A stretch of DNA of 64,000 nt. Source: Takakia lepidozioides. Taxonomy: Eukaryota > Plantae > Bryophyta. Each line of letters opens with the position of its first letter. Positions within the stretch are counted from its first letter, which is position 1. Below the pieces are notes generated by a model. That model ran no database searches. It was not told the origin of the DNA and saw nothing but the letters and a program-made list of their open reading frames with translations. Location of the stretch: the NCBI GenBank assembly GCA_030704615.1, contig CM060733.1:41726001-41790000 (forward strand), in the 5' to 3' direction. The position numbers and the translations under genes were made by a program. This document shows positions 26,600-38,695 of the stretch, piece by piece.

Positions 26600-27222
26600 C
26601 AAACCGGATGCTGTGGTGTGGAGGGCCTTGCTTGGTGCCTGCAGAATCCATTGCAACATGGAGGTCGCAGAACGTGCAGCAAAATCTGTACTCAAGTGGG
26701 ATGGACAGGAGGCCGCAGCTTATGTGTTACTTTCAAACATTCCATGCCGCAGCTGGCAGGTGGGCCGATACTGTAAAGGTGAGATATATGATGAAGGCCA
26801 GAGGTGTGAGAAGCCAGGTTTGCTCCTGCATTGTGGTCGACAACAGACTGCACTCCTTTGTTGTAGATGACAGATTGCATCCACAAATTGAGGAAATCCT
26901 TGTTGAGCTAAGAAGGTTGTCCGGACAGATGAAGGAGGCAGGGTACGTTCCTGACACCCACTTTGCATTGCATGATGTGGAGGATGACAATAAGGAAATT
27001 TCCCTTTGTTACCACAGTGAAAGGCTGGCCATTGCTTTTGGGCTCCTCATCACCTCCCCGGGGATGCCTCTCTGTATCATCAAGAACCTTAGGATGTGTG
27101 GTGGCTGCCACACGGCCACCAAGTTCATCTCAAGGATAGTTGGGCGAGCTATTCTTGTAAGGGGTGCAAATCGCTTTCACCACTTCAAAGATGGGGTTTG
27201 TTCTGGTGGGGAGTACTGGTGA
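26600..27222 (+). pseudogene. PPR E/E+/DYW C-terminal fragment
   Basis: KPDAVVWRALLGACRIH...AYVLLSN in one frame; GYVPDT...HSERLAIAFGL...KNLRMCGGCH...NRFHHFKDGVCSGGEYW in another. Confidence 0.93.
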
Positions 27223-27901
27223 GGGGATATTTCCTCGTGGGGTGTGAGTGTATTGTGAGTGTGAGTGTCTCTTTTCATTAATTAGAATTAAGCTGCTGGT
27301 TGGTTCATTTAGGATACCCTGGGAATGTTGGCTTTGACTTACTTGGAGGGTGTCTCCTCCATGGCAAATCAACCCTACATGAGGCAATTTTGGGGTCGAG
27401 CCACGGTACATTGAAACTCAGCCCAAAATTGTGATTGCTCCTTTGTAACGCATGGGAATCAGGTTACAGGCATTCACTATTAGCAGACAGGAAGGTGTAG
27501 AAAATGAAATGTGGATGTCCTGACTTTGCCACTTATGGGACAGCAGACCGTATAATAAGAATGTGCCCATGAGACTTTGTATGAACCTAGCTCAATGGGG
27601 TCCAATGGCCACAAAAATCTAACCCGCACAAGCCCATGTTAGCACATAGAATCAGTTGGGGTGGGGGGGTTGGTCAACTTTAATCCATGGTTCAGATGGA
27701 GGCCACATAATGTTACTCACACCTTGGCCTTCAAAACCCAAATGACAATTTTGCAAATGGGATATTCCAAATGAAGGTAATTGTGTACCTCTTTGATCAT
27801 TGGTGTAGAGGACTCTCCCTGTATAAGAAAGGCTTTCTTTTAGCCTCCCGCATTTTACCAAATAACTTCAGGTGTAGCCAATAGAGTCAGCCTCTACAGT
27901 T

Positions 27902-29225
27902 TCATGTCATTTGTACAGGAGATAACCAAGCATCTTCCAATGCCTCCTCTGCAGTGCACCTCTTAGACTTAAGACTGCTAATAAACCTCTGAGCAGTACC
28001 GCAATGTTGGGATTGCAGAAGTACTCCCAGCTGATACAAATCTGACTGGGGAGTGTAGTGGCCGTCCTCCAACATGTCCTCGCTCCAATCAGCAAAAGGC
28101 AGAAATCCTGCTGGCAATTTGAATGGAGATTCAGCTACCGTTTCAAGGTCTATGAGCATGAACCCCTCCGCTGAAACCTGCACAATATTGGGCAACCGGA
28201 TATCCCTATGGATGAGGTTTGCCACATGCAGGACAGACAAAGCCTTTAACACGTCCCGAGCCAACAGCTTCATATCGTTCTCCGACCTCAACAACGGGGA
28301 GTAGCCCAGCGGACTGATCTCAATATTATAAGTACCTCTACGATCCATTTCAGGCTCTGAAATTACCTCCAGAAGAGAAGGGACCCCTCGTGCAACATTG
28401 TAGCCATGCCAAATCAGTTCAAAAGTGGTCCTTTTCTCAATACAATACCTTGGGAAGTTCCTTATTGCCTTCCGAACACTGCTCGGCTGAAAGTATATCG
28501 TCCTATCCCCACATTCTTCTTCAGAAAACATTGCCCGCCGGCCTGGCACTTCCGGGATTGACTCCACCATCTTCTTCATGATCTCATAGGCATTGCCAAG
28601 GCTGAGTAACAAGAAGAGGCGGTCAGAAAGTTTCGAGACATTAAGACATGGCTTGATTCGAAATGCCCTCTTTCCATCCTTGTCGATATAAACCCATTGG
28701 AAGGCTGTGCCTGCTGCGATATAGCCGAGAATGAATTGAACCTCCCCATACAACATCGGACTAAAGTGGCATCATCTTTCTCAAAATATCCTCTTCAGCA
28801 GCAGGTAAGCTGGCCAGCTTGTCCTCACCAACCAGAAAAGTGCATCCACCGGCAATTCCAATCATGTCAGGCCTCAGCTGTTTTCCAATAGTATTGGTGT
28901 TAGAAGTACCTGTCTTCCTTTCACTAGTATTGAACAAAAGCTGGGCATTCAAAGCAGACATGCAGAACTGGTCATACAAAGAGAATACCATCTTAAAACA
29001 ATTACCCACAAATATGGATACGTCCTGCTCTGATATTGGAGGGGCAACATTGGCAAGCAACAATGCTGATAGCGTCACAGGGAGCTCTGAATCATTTGCC
29101 TCCACGATGAAGTCCCATGCCTCAGAGGGCAACTTCTGTCGGAGTGTCAAGTAGGTAACTTTGCACACAGGAAGCTTTCCGTGATTCGTAGGAAACAATG
29201 CTGCTGTTAGCTCATGCTCCCACAA
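27902..29225 (-). pseudogene. Crinkler-like PD-(D/E)xK nuclease plus protein kinase, with a 1-bp frameshift near 28760
   Basis: LRPDMIG...FLVGEDK, YGEVQFILGYIAAG, IHRDIRLPNIV, LIDLE, SDLYQLG, TAEEALEDAWL. The kinase call is firm; the Crinkler assignment is from motif memory. Confidence 0.72.
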
Positions 29226-29303
29226 AACTCTTGTGAGCTAACAGCAGCATTGTTTCCTACGAATCACGGAAAGCTTCCTGTGTGCAAAGTTACCTACTTG
29301 ACA
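29145..29303. repeat. Perfect 70-bp inverted repeat with a 19-nt loop
   Basis: 29145-29214 is the exact reverse complement of 29234-29303. Confidence 0.95.
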
Positions 29304-31299
29304 GCAACATAGAATGGATCCACACTCCAGAACTTTCAATCAATTCTGGTGGACACAAATAACAATTCAGTTAAGCATAGCAAGGCAGACCAGAACAGAG
29401 TAACAAGTGCAAGGAAATGCACAATGGTGGTAATTATCATACTAATGAAGTAATTAATTAACATATAAGACACATAAGATTCGTGATGGTTCATCTGAAA
29501 TAACAACCAAAGGAGCCTCCTCATCATCAGACTTTATACATAACAAAAGACAAGCTCAGACTGCCCTAGGCAACGTGATCTCACACTCTAACCATCATCC
29601 CATGTTGTTGAGTTGCATCTATCATGTAGTGCACAACCAGAATTCCACATATAAATAACAAAAAACCGTGTCTTTCAAAGGACCCTCCTGCGCTGGAAAG
29701 CTGGCTGTCATGGTGGACATACCGATACTACCAATTGAGAGCATATGTTCGCAATGTAAGTGTTTGTTTTCTCCATACACTGTGCAACTCGTTACTCTAG
29801 CTAATCATTGTCCAGACAAACTCCAGAAACAAAACCTTAAGTATCAAGAACTCCACAAATACTCGATGCAACAAATAAAGACAACCCTAGGCACTCATGA
29901 GAAATGAGGGGTTTGAACGATACTACTCATATTTGCAGCCACGCATCAAACAAACCCTAGCTATGAAAAGAATCAAGAAAAGATCCCAGCATCAGCAACC
30001 TAGGTGCCAAGAATCTACACAACCTCTGAATTACACCAAACGGGACGTTGGGCTTTTAGGGGACCCTGCGGGAGTAAACATAACCTACGGGACAAACAGC
30101 TCCAGTAAGTACAAGAAGACATACCCTACAACCCTTGCTACGAAAGCCTTGCAAAAAATTTATGGAGTGAAGGCAAGTGGAGCTTCTGCCTGCCTTCACA
30201 AAGTTTGCAAAGCTTTCAATAACCTTGAAACGATCTGGTGACAACAAACCCTAAGTACTTAAACCTCACTATCAGCAAACTCAGGCCGCAGAGCCCTAAG
30301 AAACTCAGACCCTACAGGAAAACCTAAATTATCCCGATGACAAAACCCCGATGACAGGGAGAAGGGTTTACCACTGCCTTTACTTGTGTCTGTTGTTGAA
30401 GGAGCATCAACCTGCTTAAAGGTATCTAAGCTACGCATTGAACGAATCATTGAACAAATCAGCAACTGCAGCGGGTTCAACAATCAACTGCCCAATTGTC
30501 TTGCAAGAATTCAAATGTGCCTGCCCATCATCAGAATTGCAGACATAAAAACAAACGGGCTCAGACTGCCCTAGGCAACCCATCGACATTCACCAGACTC
30601 TCTCCATGACGCACTATCTGACACCCCTGGTTTCCATAACCAACAATCCCACACAGAAAGTAGGCTGCGAAGACAGACACAACACCGTTCAACCAAGAAG
30701 CAAGAGACGTAACAAAAATCAGATGAAGATTTGAAACCCTAACCCGAGTCATGGAAGGAAACTAATTATCTGTGGTAGAGCAGTAAATTGGTGGACCCAT
30801 GAGATCAAGCTCAAGATTGCTGAGAGGCAGGCGCTCTATTATCATTTCCTCTTCAAAAGGAGCAAATGATCTGGTGACGACAAACTCTCAGTACTTGAAC
30901 CCTCACGATCAGTATACTCAGGCCGCAGAGCCCCAAAAACTCGGACCACCACAAGGATCAGGTGCTTGTAAAAACAAAACAAGATTTCAACATAGTGGAA
31001 CATGCACTGAAATGACAAAATAAAATGTCCAAGGTGCTGGATTGGACATCAACATGCGACAGTTGCATCACGTGATGCACTAGCTGACACCCTGATGGGT
31101 GAACGCAGCGAAGAAACTTACACCCACACCTAGTTGCCAAGAGCGCGCAACCCTGAGTGCACATCCAGAATTCCACATCTAAATAACAAACACCGTGTCT
31201 GCCAAGGACCCACCCAGGAACAAGAATTGTTAACACTTTCTAGTCCACTTTTTACCCTCCACACTTTACAGTCACTTCAAGATCTCTCCTCTTGCCCAT

Positions 31300-31660
31300 G
31301 GTGATACAAGGGAGGGAGGTAGAAGGTGCTGTAGATTCTTGGGAAAGCTTTGCCACTTCTGCTGCTGATAGAGTCATGGAAGGAAACTAATTATCTGTGG
31401 TAGAGCAGTAAATTGGTGGACCCATGAGATCAAGCTCAAGATTGCTGAGAGGCAGGCGCTCTAAAAGGACTGCTGTAGTATCAAAGATGAAAAAACGCTC
31501 TGGTCTAGATACTACCAACTGCGTAAAGAGGTCAATCAGCTTGTAAGGGATCAGAAGAGGCTTTACTGGGAGAAGTTGTACAGTGACATAAACTTAACCC
31601 ACCATGGTCATATTGACAAAAGATTCTGGTTGGCCTTACAACCAATTATCATAACACCAA
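31300..31660 (+). mobile_element. LINE ORF2 fragment (endonuclease-RT linker); 93 bp of it is duplicated at 30746-30838
   Basis: Across frameshifts: RAVNWWTHEIKLKIAERQAL...LWSRYYQLRKEVNQLVRDQKRLYWEKLY; 31371-31463 equals 30746-30838. Confidence 0.7.
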
Positions 31661-32119
31661 CAATTGCACAACCAATACATGTACCCTACCTGGATCTTGG
31701 CAAGAACCACAACAGTGATAGACAATGTATATAGACTGGAAAACATAACACACCAAAGAGAAAGAAGACAAGAATGCAGAACACTTTAAACCTGCCCTCA
31801 TCTGCCGCAATCTGATCACCTTAAGAAAATAAGTGTCCTTTAAGTCTGGAAAACTTGGACATTCAATGAGCTAGCAAAACACATTTCAGCACAAAACCCT
31901 AACAGCTCCGGAAGAATCTCACCTACACGGTCCTAAAGCATACCTGCATGAGTATGTGGGCTTGTAGAACAACAGGTCATAATCAAGCAAAGATTCTGAA
32001 TTCAAGGTGCCAAGAATCTACATAACCTGGGCCCACGGTACGGTGTGGCTAACATGCAGTAATGAACTTTAGTGCTGCGGTGCACACTTGCGCAAGAGAC
32101 GATAGCGAACAAGTACAGC

Positions 32120-32154
<35 letters not shown>

Positions 32155-32926
32155 TAAAGAGAGCTTGAAATGGCTGGGAGGGAAGCGAATGGAAGCTGCG
32201 GGTGCGCCAATCCAATCTTGAATCTGAGCAGATTCCATCCTACGGAATAAATAAATTATTTGCAAACCTTAAGCACCTGACCTTGTGTTCATTGACTGCT
32301 TAAACTACTCGAACTCAAGACAGGAAAGCAAAGAAAAGCAACAAAAGCAGGAAGAAAGAAAAAACCCTGCTACCTGCTGTAGGTGCTACAAAAGAAGTAT
32401 CCCCACAACAGACGTATGTGACCAACCAAGAATACTCGAGGTGTGCTGAGGTGCTCAACCCTTACAGTAGCCATAGCTGAGAAAAAACTAATCTGCAAAC
32501 CCTCAGCACTTAGGAATGGTTTGACACAGTATTCTGAAAGATCGTTGATTCACAAACTCAGAGCTAACAAAAACGAGTCCAGCCAAAGGCTCAATGACGA
32601 AACAGATAAACTGCAAAACCCTAAGCACTTGATCTTCTCTTCATTGACTGCTTGCACTAAAAGAGCCTCCCCATCATCAGACTTGCAGACATAAAAACAG
32701 ACGGGCTTAACTGCCCTAGGCAACCCATCAACGTTCACCAGACTCTCTCATAACTTCTCATTAGTGAAGTATTAGCTCATATTCCACACATGGGGCAAAC
32801 CAAAGCATCAGACACAACAAAAGGAAACCAAATGAATAACTATCCCAGCAACAATGGACATCATTAAGGTAAATTTTCAGCCCGCGTAAATAGATACTAA
32901 ATTCAGCTTGCAATACCTGGCAATAC

Positions 32927-33163
32927 TTGGGTTGACTTCCGCTTTTTGGACAGAATTGCTTTCTTGAATCCTCTTCTGTCCCCACTGGCAGCCTCTGGAA
33001 ACTCTTCATCCATAATCTCATCGAGCTCCTGCTCTGACATCTCTAGCAATGTAGCTACAGTATACATGCTGGAGGCAAGTTTTGTACCAAAAGCTCCAAC
33101 AGTCTCTTCTTCCAAAAAATTCTGAAGCATCGCCTCAATACTACCATAAGGTGTATCCGCCAT
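32927..33163 (-). CDS. Probable first coding exon (SAM-like helical domain) of the Crinkler-like gene
   Basis: MADTPYGSIEAMLQNF...YTVATLLEMSEQELDEIMDEEFPEAASGDRRGFKKAI, then a GTATTG donor; same strand as and upstream of the kinase exon. The link is inferred. Confidence 0.5.
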
Positions 33164-34072
33164 ATCTGGAGCTGTATATTGCAGGCTGACCACCCTTGAT
33201 AGTATTTTATTAAGATACACGACGGGAGAAGACCTGAATAGACAGCCAGCAATATTAACAACTTTTTCCCCAAGTCATCTGCCACACAAAAAGTACTCTA
33301 CCATAACTACCCCAGGGCCAGAGGGACCATGAGCTCCCAAGGCACAGTTGGTACTAGCCCCAGCTGAACGAAGGCAGTATCAAGATCCAAAAACTCAACG
33401 AAAACAACTAGGAGACCTTCCTCCTTTCAAGAACCAAATAAATTAGTTTCAAACACATCAACAAGGTCGAAGCACTTACTTGTAAGTAGAGGTTTAGCCT
33501 TACTGCAACTCCTGACGCTCAATTCATCCGCCAATCCGCTCCTGTCTCAATCGAAACGCTCTGCACTAGTGTTCCTGCACCAGGTGCTGCACATTAATAT
33601 TCTCTCATTCACATCAGATTAACAGAGTTGCAATGTCCTCTCAATGTCTCCATCGTTCCAAAACTTCGCCACTCTTATATGGGTGCGCATGCAAGGTTGG
33701 AGCTATCTTGATATGGAGCAAAAAATCCTTCACAGCCAATGCAGATCATACCGCTCGTTCATTGCAAATGAAATTAGCTAGCTAATGAGAAGCAACGGTC
33801 TGTGAAAAGATAAATTAACCTACTCTAGCTTCATTGTTCTCTGAATCAGGTAGTCATTGTGCAGATCAATGCTATCAATCGGAGTAATGGACTGACAAAC
33901 CAGGCTCAGGTCCTGAAAGAAGCTAATATCAAGCCACAGCAAGAGCGGTATATCAGTACAGGCTAGCCGAGATTTTGACAACATACCATCTCCTCCAAAC
34001 AGGCTCAGAATTGTGTAAGCAATTAGAGTGCAAGCAACAGAGGTACACAAGCTCGAAGATTACGAGACACAG

Positions 34073-34110
34073 TAGAGCGAGAGAGAGAGAGCGAGACAGA
34101 TAGAGCGAGG
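34073..34110 (+). repeat. Imperfect (GA)n microsatellite
   Basis: Read directly from the sequence. Confidence 0.75.
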
Positions 34111-35393
34111 AAACAAGGAAAAATGAAGAGCATTGGCGGGATTTAAATTAAAACAGCATGTCATGACCGTCCGATCTTACCCTAATCCGATCGAACGGCC
34201 ATAATTTTACATCGAAACTTCATCCAAATCTCATTCATCTGTTGACGTTTCCGTTCACGAGTTTCCGTCCAAAAGTTTCAGTCTATCCCTCGTTTTTTCG
34301 TTCAGTTTGACATTTGAGTATGTCATTCAACATTGTGCATGTATAAATTTGGTTTACACTAGACATGGAGTTGAATGCGCGTGCAAGACCGTGGGCCCTC
34401 CTTGCCTGAGCCATGCACCCGCGCGCTGCCGGAGCCCGCCTGTCAATCCCCCCCCGGCCCCGGCCTCCCCCCCCTCCGCTCCCCTGAGCCTCTGCTCCCA
34501 TGGCATGTTGGTGTGTTGCTGGAGCATAGCAACTTTGTCGAGATGATTGCCGTGTTGGAGCAACCAGAGGCACGATTTGTGAAGGCACAAACAAATGTTG
34601 AACCACCAAGTACTGTTGTGAAGGGCCGTCTTCCAAGGAGTACAAACCCCGCCGCCAGTGTTGTGCAGGTGTCTAGAGGGCCACCTGAGCTTACACTGTG
34701 CAATGTCAGTGGCCGAAAGAGGTCAAGAAGGTCGTTGCAGTGCAGATGTGTTTTGGTCAGTATAGTGCTTTCTCTGATGCAGGGAGGGTGGAGGAGCTAC
34801 CTCTTTCGCAGCGCGCCACAGTTGTTAAAAGAAATCCAAGGAAGCGAGTCATGACGACTGAGGTGAGAAATACTGGAGCAGTCGAGCGGCAACGCAACGG
34901 TGGTGTCTTCGGGTAGGCTTGACGCAGTTAGGGCAGTATGCTGAAGATGGTTTGTCTCCGTCATGTCATACTTCCAGAGCTGATAGAGAAGGCGGGTGGA
35001 GAACTCCCATCTCCAGACAACGAAACTTGAAGATATTGTGTTAAGAATCTGTCGTGCGCATACGTATCGCAACACAACTACATCGCTGTCCAAACCACAC
35101 CACTCATATATGCACAATAAAGTAGTCTACCACAATCGCCCCCCTAGCTGATGGATAGGTCCATCTACCTCCAGATAGCTACAAGATGTAATAGCCACAA
35201 CCGTACTAAGTCCTCTATCACTGTCCCTATTGTGCTCAAACTCTATCGACCAAGAGGCCGGGTACAAGTGTAGCCCCATCGTTAGTCGCCGTCTTGCAAT
35301 CTGTGAACTTAAACCAGGATCTCGTGTGTTCAAGGTCTCCTAGTAGCTGGGCCTTGCGTTTCTTGTTAGCCTTCTATGGTGTATCCACTTTCA

Positions 35394-38300
35394 CTATCCA
35401 ATGCAATGTGGACATAACCAATCCCCATCCGGAACCATCTCAAGAGGTGGTATCAAGCATCCCATATGCCAACCTCGAGAGCATTGATCACACACCAGCA
35501 TGGTGGCTGCCCCTCTAGCAGACCCACACAACATGCACCTCAAACCTGCAGATACCACTGCCAAGTTTGGGTCAATCCTGCCATCGTAGGAGGAAGGTGA
35601 CATGGCGCACAATTACGCACATGGTCCTTCCAAGTTATGCCATCCCGACCCTCCAAGACCAAGACGCCTGAGGGCAAGACCTCTCGAACCCTCAAAATAA
35701 CACGTCATGCGGTCACATCCAAGGTCGTAGGAGCAGTCTGCTGCAGGTAAACATAGTCATCAGGGAATCTCTCCGAACCCCAGGACGATAGCCCCACCAC
35801 GTATGGTAGCATACCTCAACGTATCACGGTGTTGTGCAATGGCAAGGTTCTCGAAAGCCATGGGCATGACTTTCTTGAACAACTCTGCACGCTGCTCACA
35901 TGCACGTGCCCACACGTCCGGATCGTCAAGGTTAAGAACTGTAGCAGCTTCTCTGCGAATGGATGTAGGCAAATCCGCTCTCTCGGCCAAAGAGAAGAAA
36001 GTATGGTGAGAAGGAGGCAAGCGATGCTTGCTTGCTGAACCTGTAGCCCATGGCTAACCAGAGTAACTGAAGGTCCCAATCTCCCAGGTATCCCTTCTGC
36101 AAGCCATACTTGCGCAAACCCCTCTTTACTGTCTGAACAACTCTCTCTGCCAAGCCATCGGCCTCAGGATGATCCCGAGAAGTGGTGCGATGGTCTATCA
36201 AGGCCTTGACACACAAAGCCTGAAACTCCCCCAAGAACTCTCTCCCTTGGTCCGTGAGTACCTCAGCTGGAGCACCGAATCGGCTAAGCACACAATCCAA
36301 GAATGCATATGCAGCTCCCTCACTAGCCTTATCAGGCAATGGAACCAACTCAATCCACTTGGAGAAGTGCTCCACCATCACCAACACGTACTTGTTGTGG
36401 CGTATGGTCAATGGCAACGGCCCTGCAAAGTCAAGACTCCACCTGTAGCCCAATCCCATGATCAGAAGAGGGTGCAATTGTGGAGTAGGGGCGTTGAATG
36501 AAGCACGCACCCTGTCACACACGATGCACCTAGCCACAAATTGTTGCACCTCTGTGTGCATACCACGCCACCAATACTGCCCCTGCAGTAGGCTATAAGT
36601 GTGTCGCACTCCAAAATGCCCCAACTCCTCGTGGGCATGCCGCACTAACCGTGCCCGCTGTGTTGGGTGAGGCACAATCCTCACTTGACCATCCTCCCAC
36701 ACTCGGAGCAGATGTGTCCCCTCCCACTTGAACCTCTTGGCTCGTTGTAGGATCCGATCCCTCTCCTTGGCAGTCATAGTGGCTGCCGTGTCCCCAATGC
36801 GGAGGTAGTCCAACACAACTGAATCCTCATGTATACCTTTGGCGCCACCTTGCTCATTGCTGGCCTCAGGGTCCTCAGACACTTGATCTACAGTCATCCC
36901 TGTTGCAGGTCCAACCTGGCCATCCGCTGCCAAGATACACAGAAATGCAGATGCATGCCATCCCGGCACGTCTCTCACCGTGCCACCGAGCTCCAGTGTC
37001 ATCTTGCTGGCTCGTGCATGGATTGCGACTCAACCCATCTGCATTGCGATTGACCAAAACCCGGTCGATGCACCACCTGAAAGTCATACTCTTGAAGGAT
37101 GAGTGCCCCACCGTGCAAGCTTCCCCGTAAGCTTGTCTGACTCCATCAACCACTTGAGTGGTTGGTGATCCGTGACAAGGGTGAAGAGATTACTGTATAA
37201 ATAGCACCTGGAGTGTGCCACGGCCCACACTGCAGCTAAGCATTCTCCCTCATATGAGCTATACTTAGACTCGGCAGCATTGTTCGAGCGGCTAGCATAA
37301 GCCACTACGAACTCTCTTCCCTCATCATCCACCTGTGTGAGCACCGCTCCAAGCCCCAACATGCTCCAATCTGTGTGCAACTGAAAAGGACGCCCCCTGA
37401 TAGGTCGTCTCAAGATGGGCGCCGAGGTCAACCTCGCCTTGAGCTCTTGGAAAGTTCTTGCTTCTTGCTCATCTTCCCACTGCCACTCCTGGTCCACCTT
37501 GGTCAGCTTGGTTAGAGCCTTTGCAATGGCACTAAATCCTTAACAAACCGTCTATAATAGTTTGCTAACCCCATGAAAGCTCAAACTCGGCTCACATCCG
37601 TGGGGCATGGAACCTGTGCAATGGACTCTACCTTAGTCTGATGTACCCCCAATCCTCTAGGATATATCATGTGACCCAGATACTCAATCTGGTTGTGGAA
37701 AAACTTGCACTTTCCCGGATGTAACTTCAATCCGTGGCGCCTCAAGTGCTCAAATACCCCCTGAAGGTGTCTCTCATGCTCCTCCTAGTAGCACTAAAGA
37801 CGATGATGTCATCTATGTAGCACCGAGCAAACTCCACCCCTGCTAGAATCCTGTCCATGACTCTTTGAAACTCAGCAGGAGCGTTTTTAAGCCCAAATGG
37901 TAAGAACCGCCACTGGTATAGGCAATCCTTCCCGTGCTCATTGATCCCCTAGAATGTCGTCTTTTGCTTATCCGCCTCCTTGATCGGCAACTGGTGATAT
38001 CCGGATCGTAAATCCAATGTGCTAAAGACCTTGGCATGCCCAATGGCATCAAAGATCTCCTCTGATGTCGGCACGGCATACCTATCAGACTTGGTCTGAC
38101 GATTTACAGGCCGGTAATCACCGCACATACGTCTCTCCGTCCAATTGCCATAGACATCCTTCTTGGCTGGCATCACTGTGGCTGAAGCATACTCCCACCA
38201 GAGAGCTCCACCAAACCTGCCTCCCAGAGATCTTGAGTCCTCATCTGAATCAAAGACCTCTCCATGTCACTATATCCATAGGGTCTCCGAAAGATTGACG

Positions 38301-38679
38301 TGTCAGTGGCCAACTCAATACGGATCTCTTGACCCTTCAGTGCTCCCAAGTCCTTCAAACTGAAGGCAAAGCAATTTCTGTAAGCGCTCAGGAACCGCCG
38401 TATATGTCGTCTCTCTCCTCCGGTAACAATGGGTCCAATGGCAGGCTCCCAATTGTCCTCCGTAACTGCAACCTTAAGTCCAATGGGCTTAGAGGTAGAA
38501 GACGCGTCTCGTGGTTGCTATGCTGCAACCTCTTGAGCAGTACTCCCTTCTTGCTCAGTCAATGACAAGGCCTCATCCTGCCCCATCATCTCATCATTGA
38601 GAACCTCCTCAACCCAAGAAGAGTCCCCAATCTCATCCATCACAGCTGCCTTGGCTGCCAACTCCCTCTGAACCTCAGC
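35394..38679 (-). pseudogene. pol: RT, RNase H, integrase, C-terminal PHD finger (frameshifts and stops)
   Basis: RMCGDYRPVN, LDLRSGYHQ, CYIDDII, LHTDWS, SYEGECLA, H-x4-H...C-x2-C, WSLDFAGP, TDQGREF, GLAER; PHD CMLC...CDQCSRGWHMGC...WLCPHC. Confidence 0.95.
38512..38520 (-). promoter_or_regulatory. Putative stop-codon readthrough signal TAG CAA CCA (copy A)
   Basis: In-frame stop between the DNMT linker and RT; fits UAG-CAR-YYA; identical in copy B. Confidence 0.65.
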
Positions 38680-38695
38680 TGCCCAGTGGGGCAAG

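Noticed and set aside
26600-27222. U-to-C type (KPAxA/GRP) DYW domain
   Set aside because: It carries a frameshifted KPG box, HSE and an xYW end, i.e. the ordinary C-to-U type.
34300-35134. 3' LTR of copy A pairing with 54170-54870
   Set aside because: A PPT-like tract and TG are present, but I found no similarity between the two regions and no TSD.
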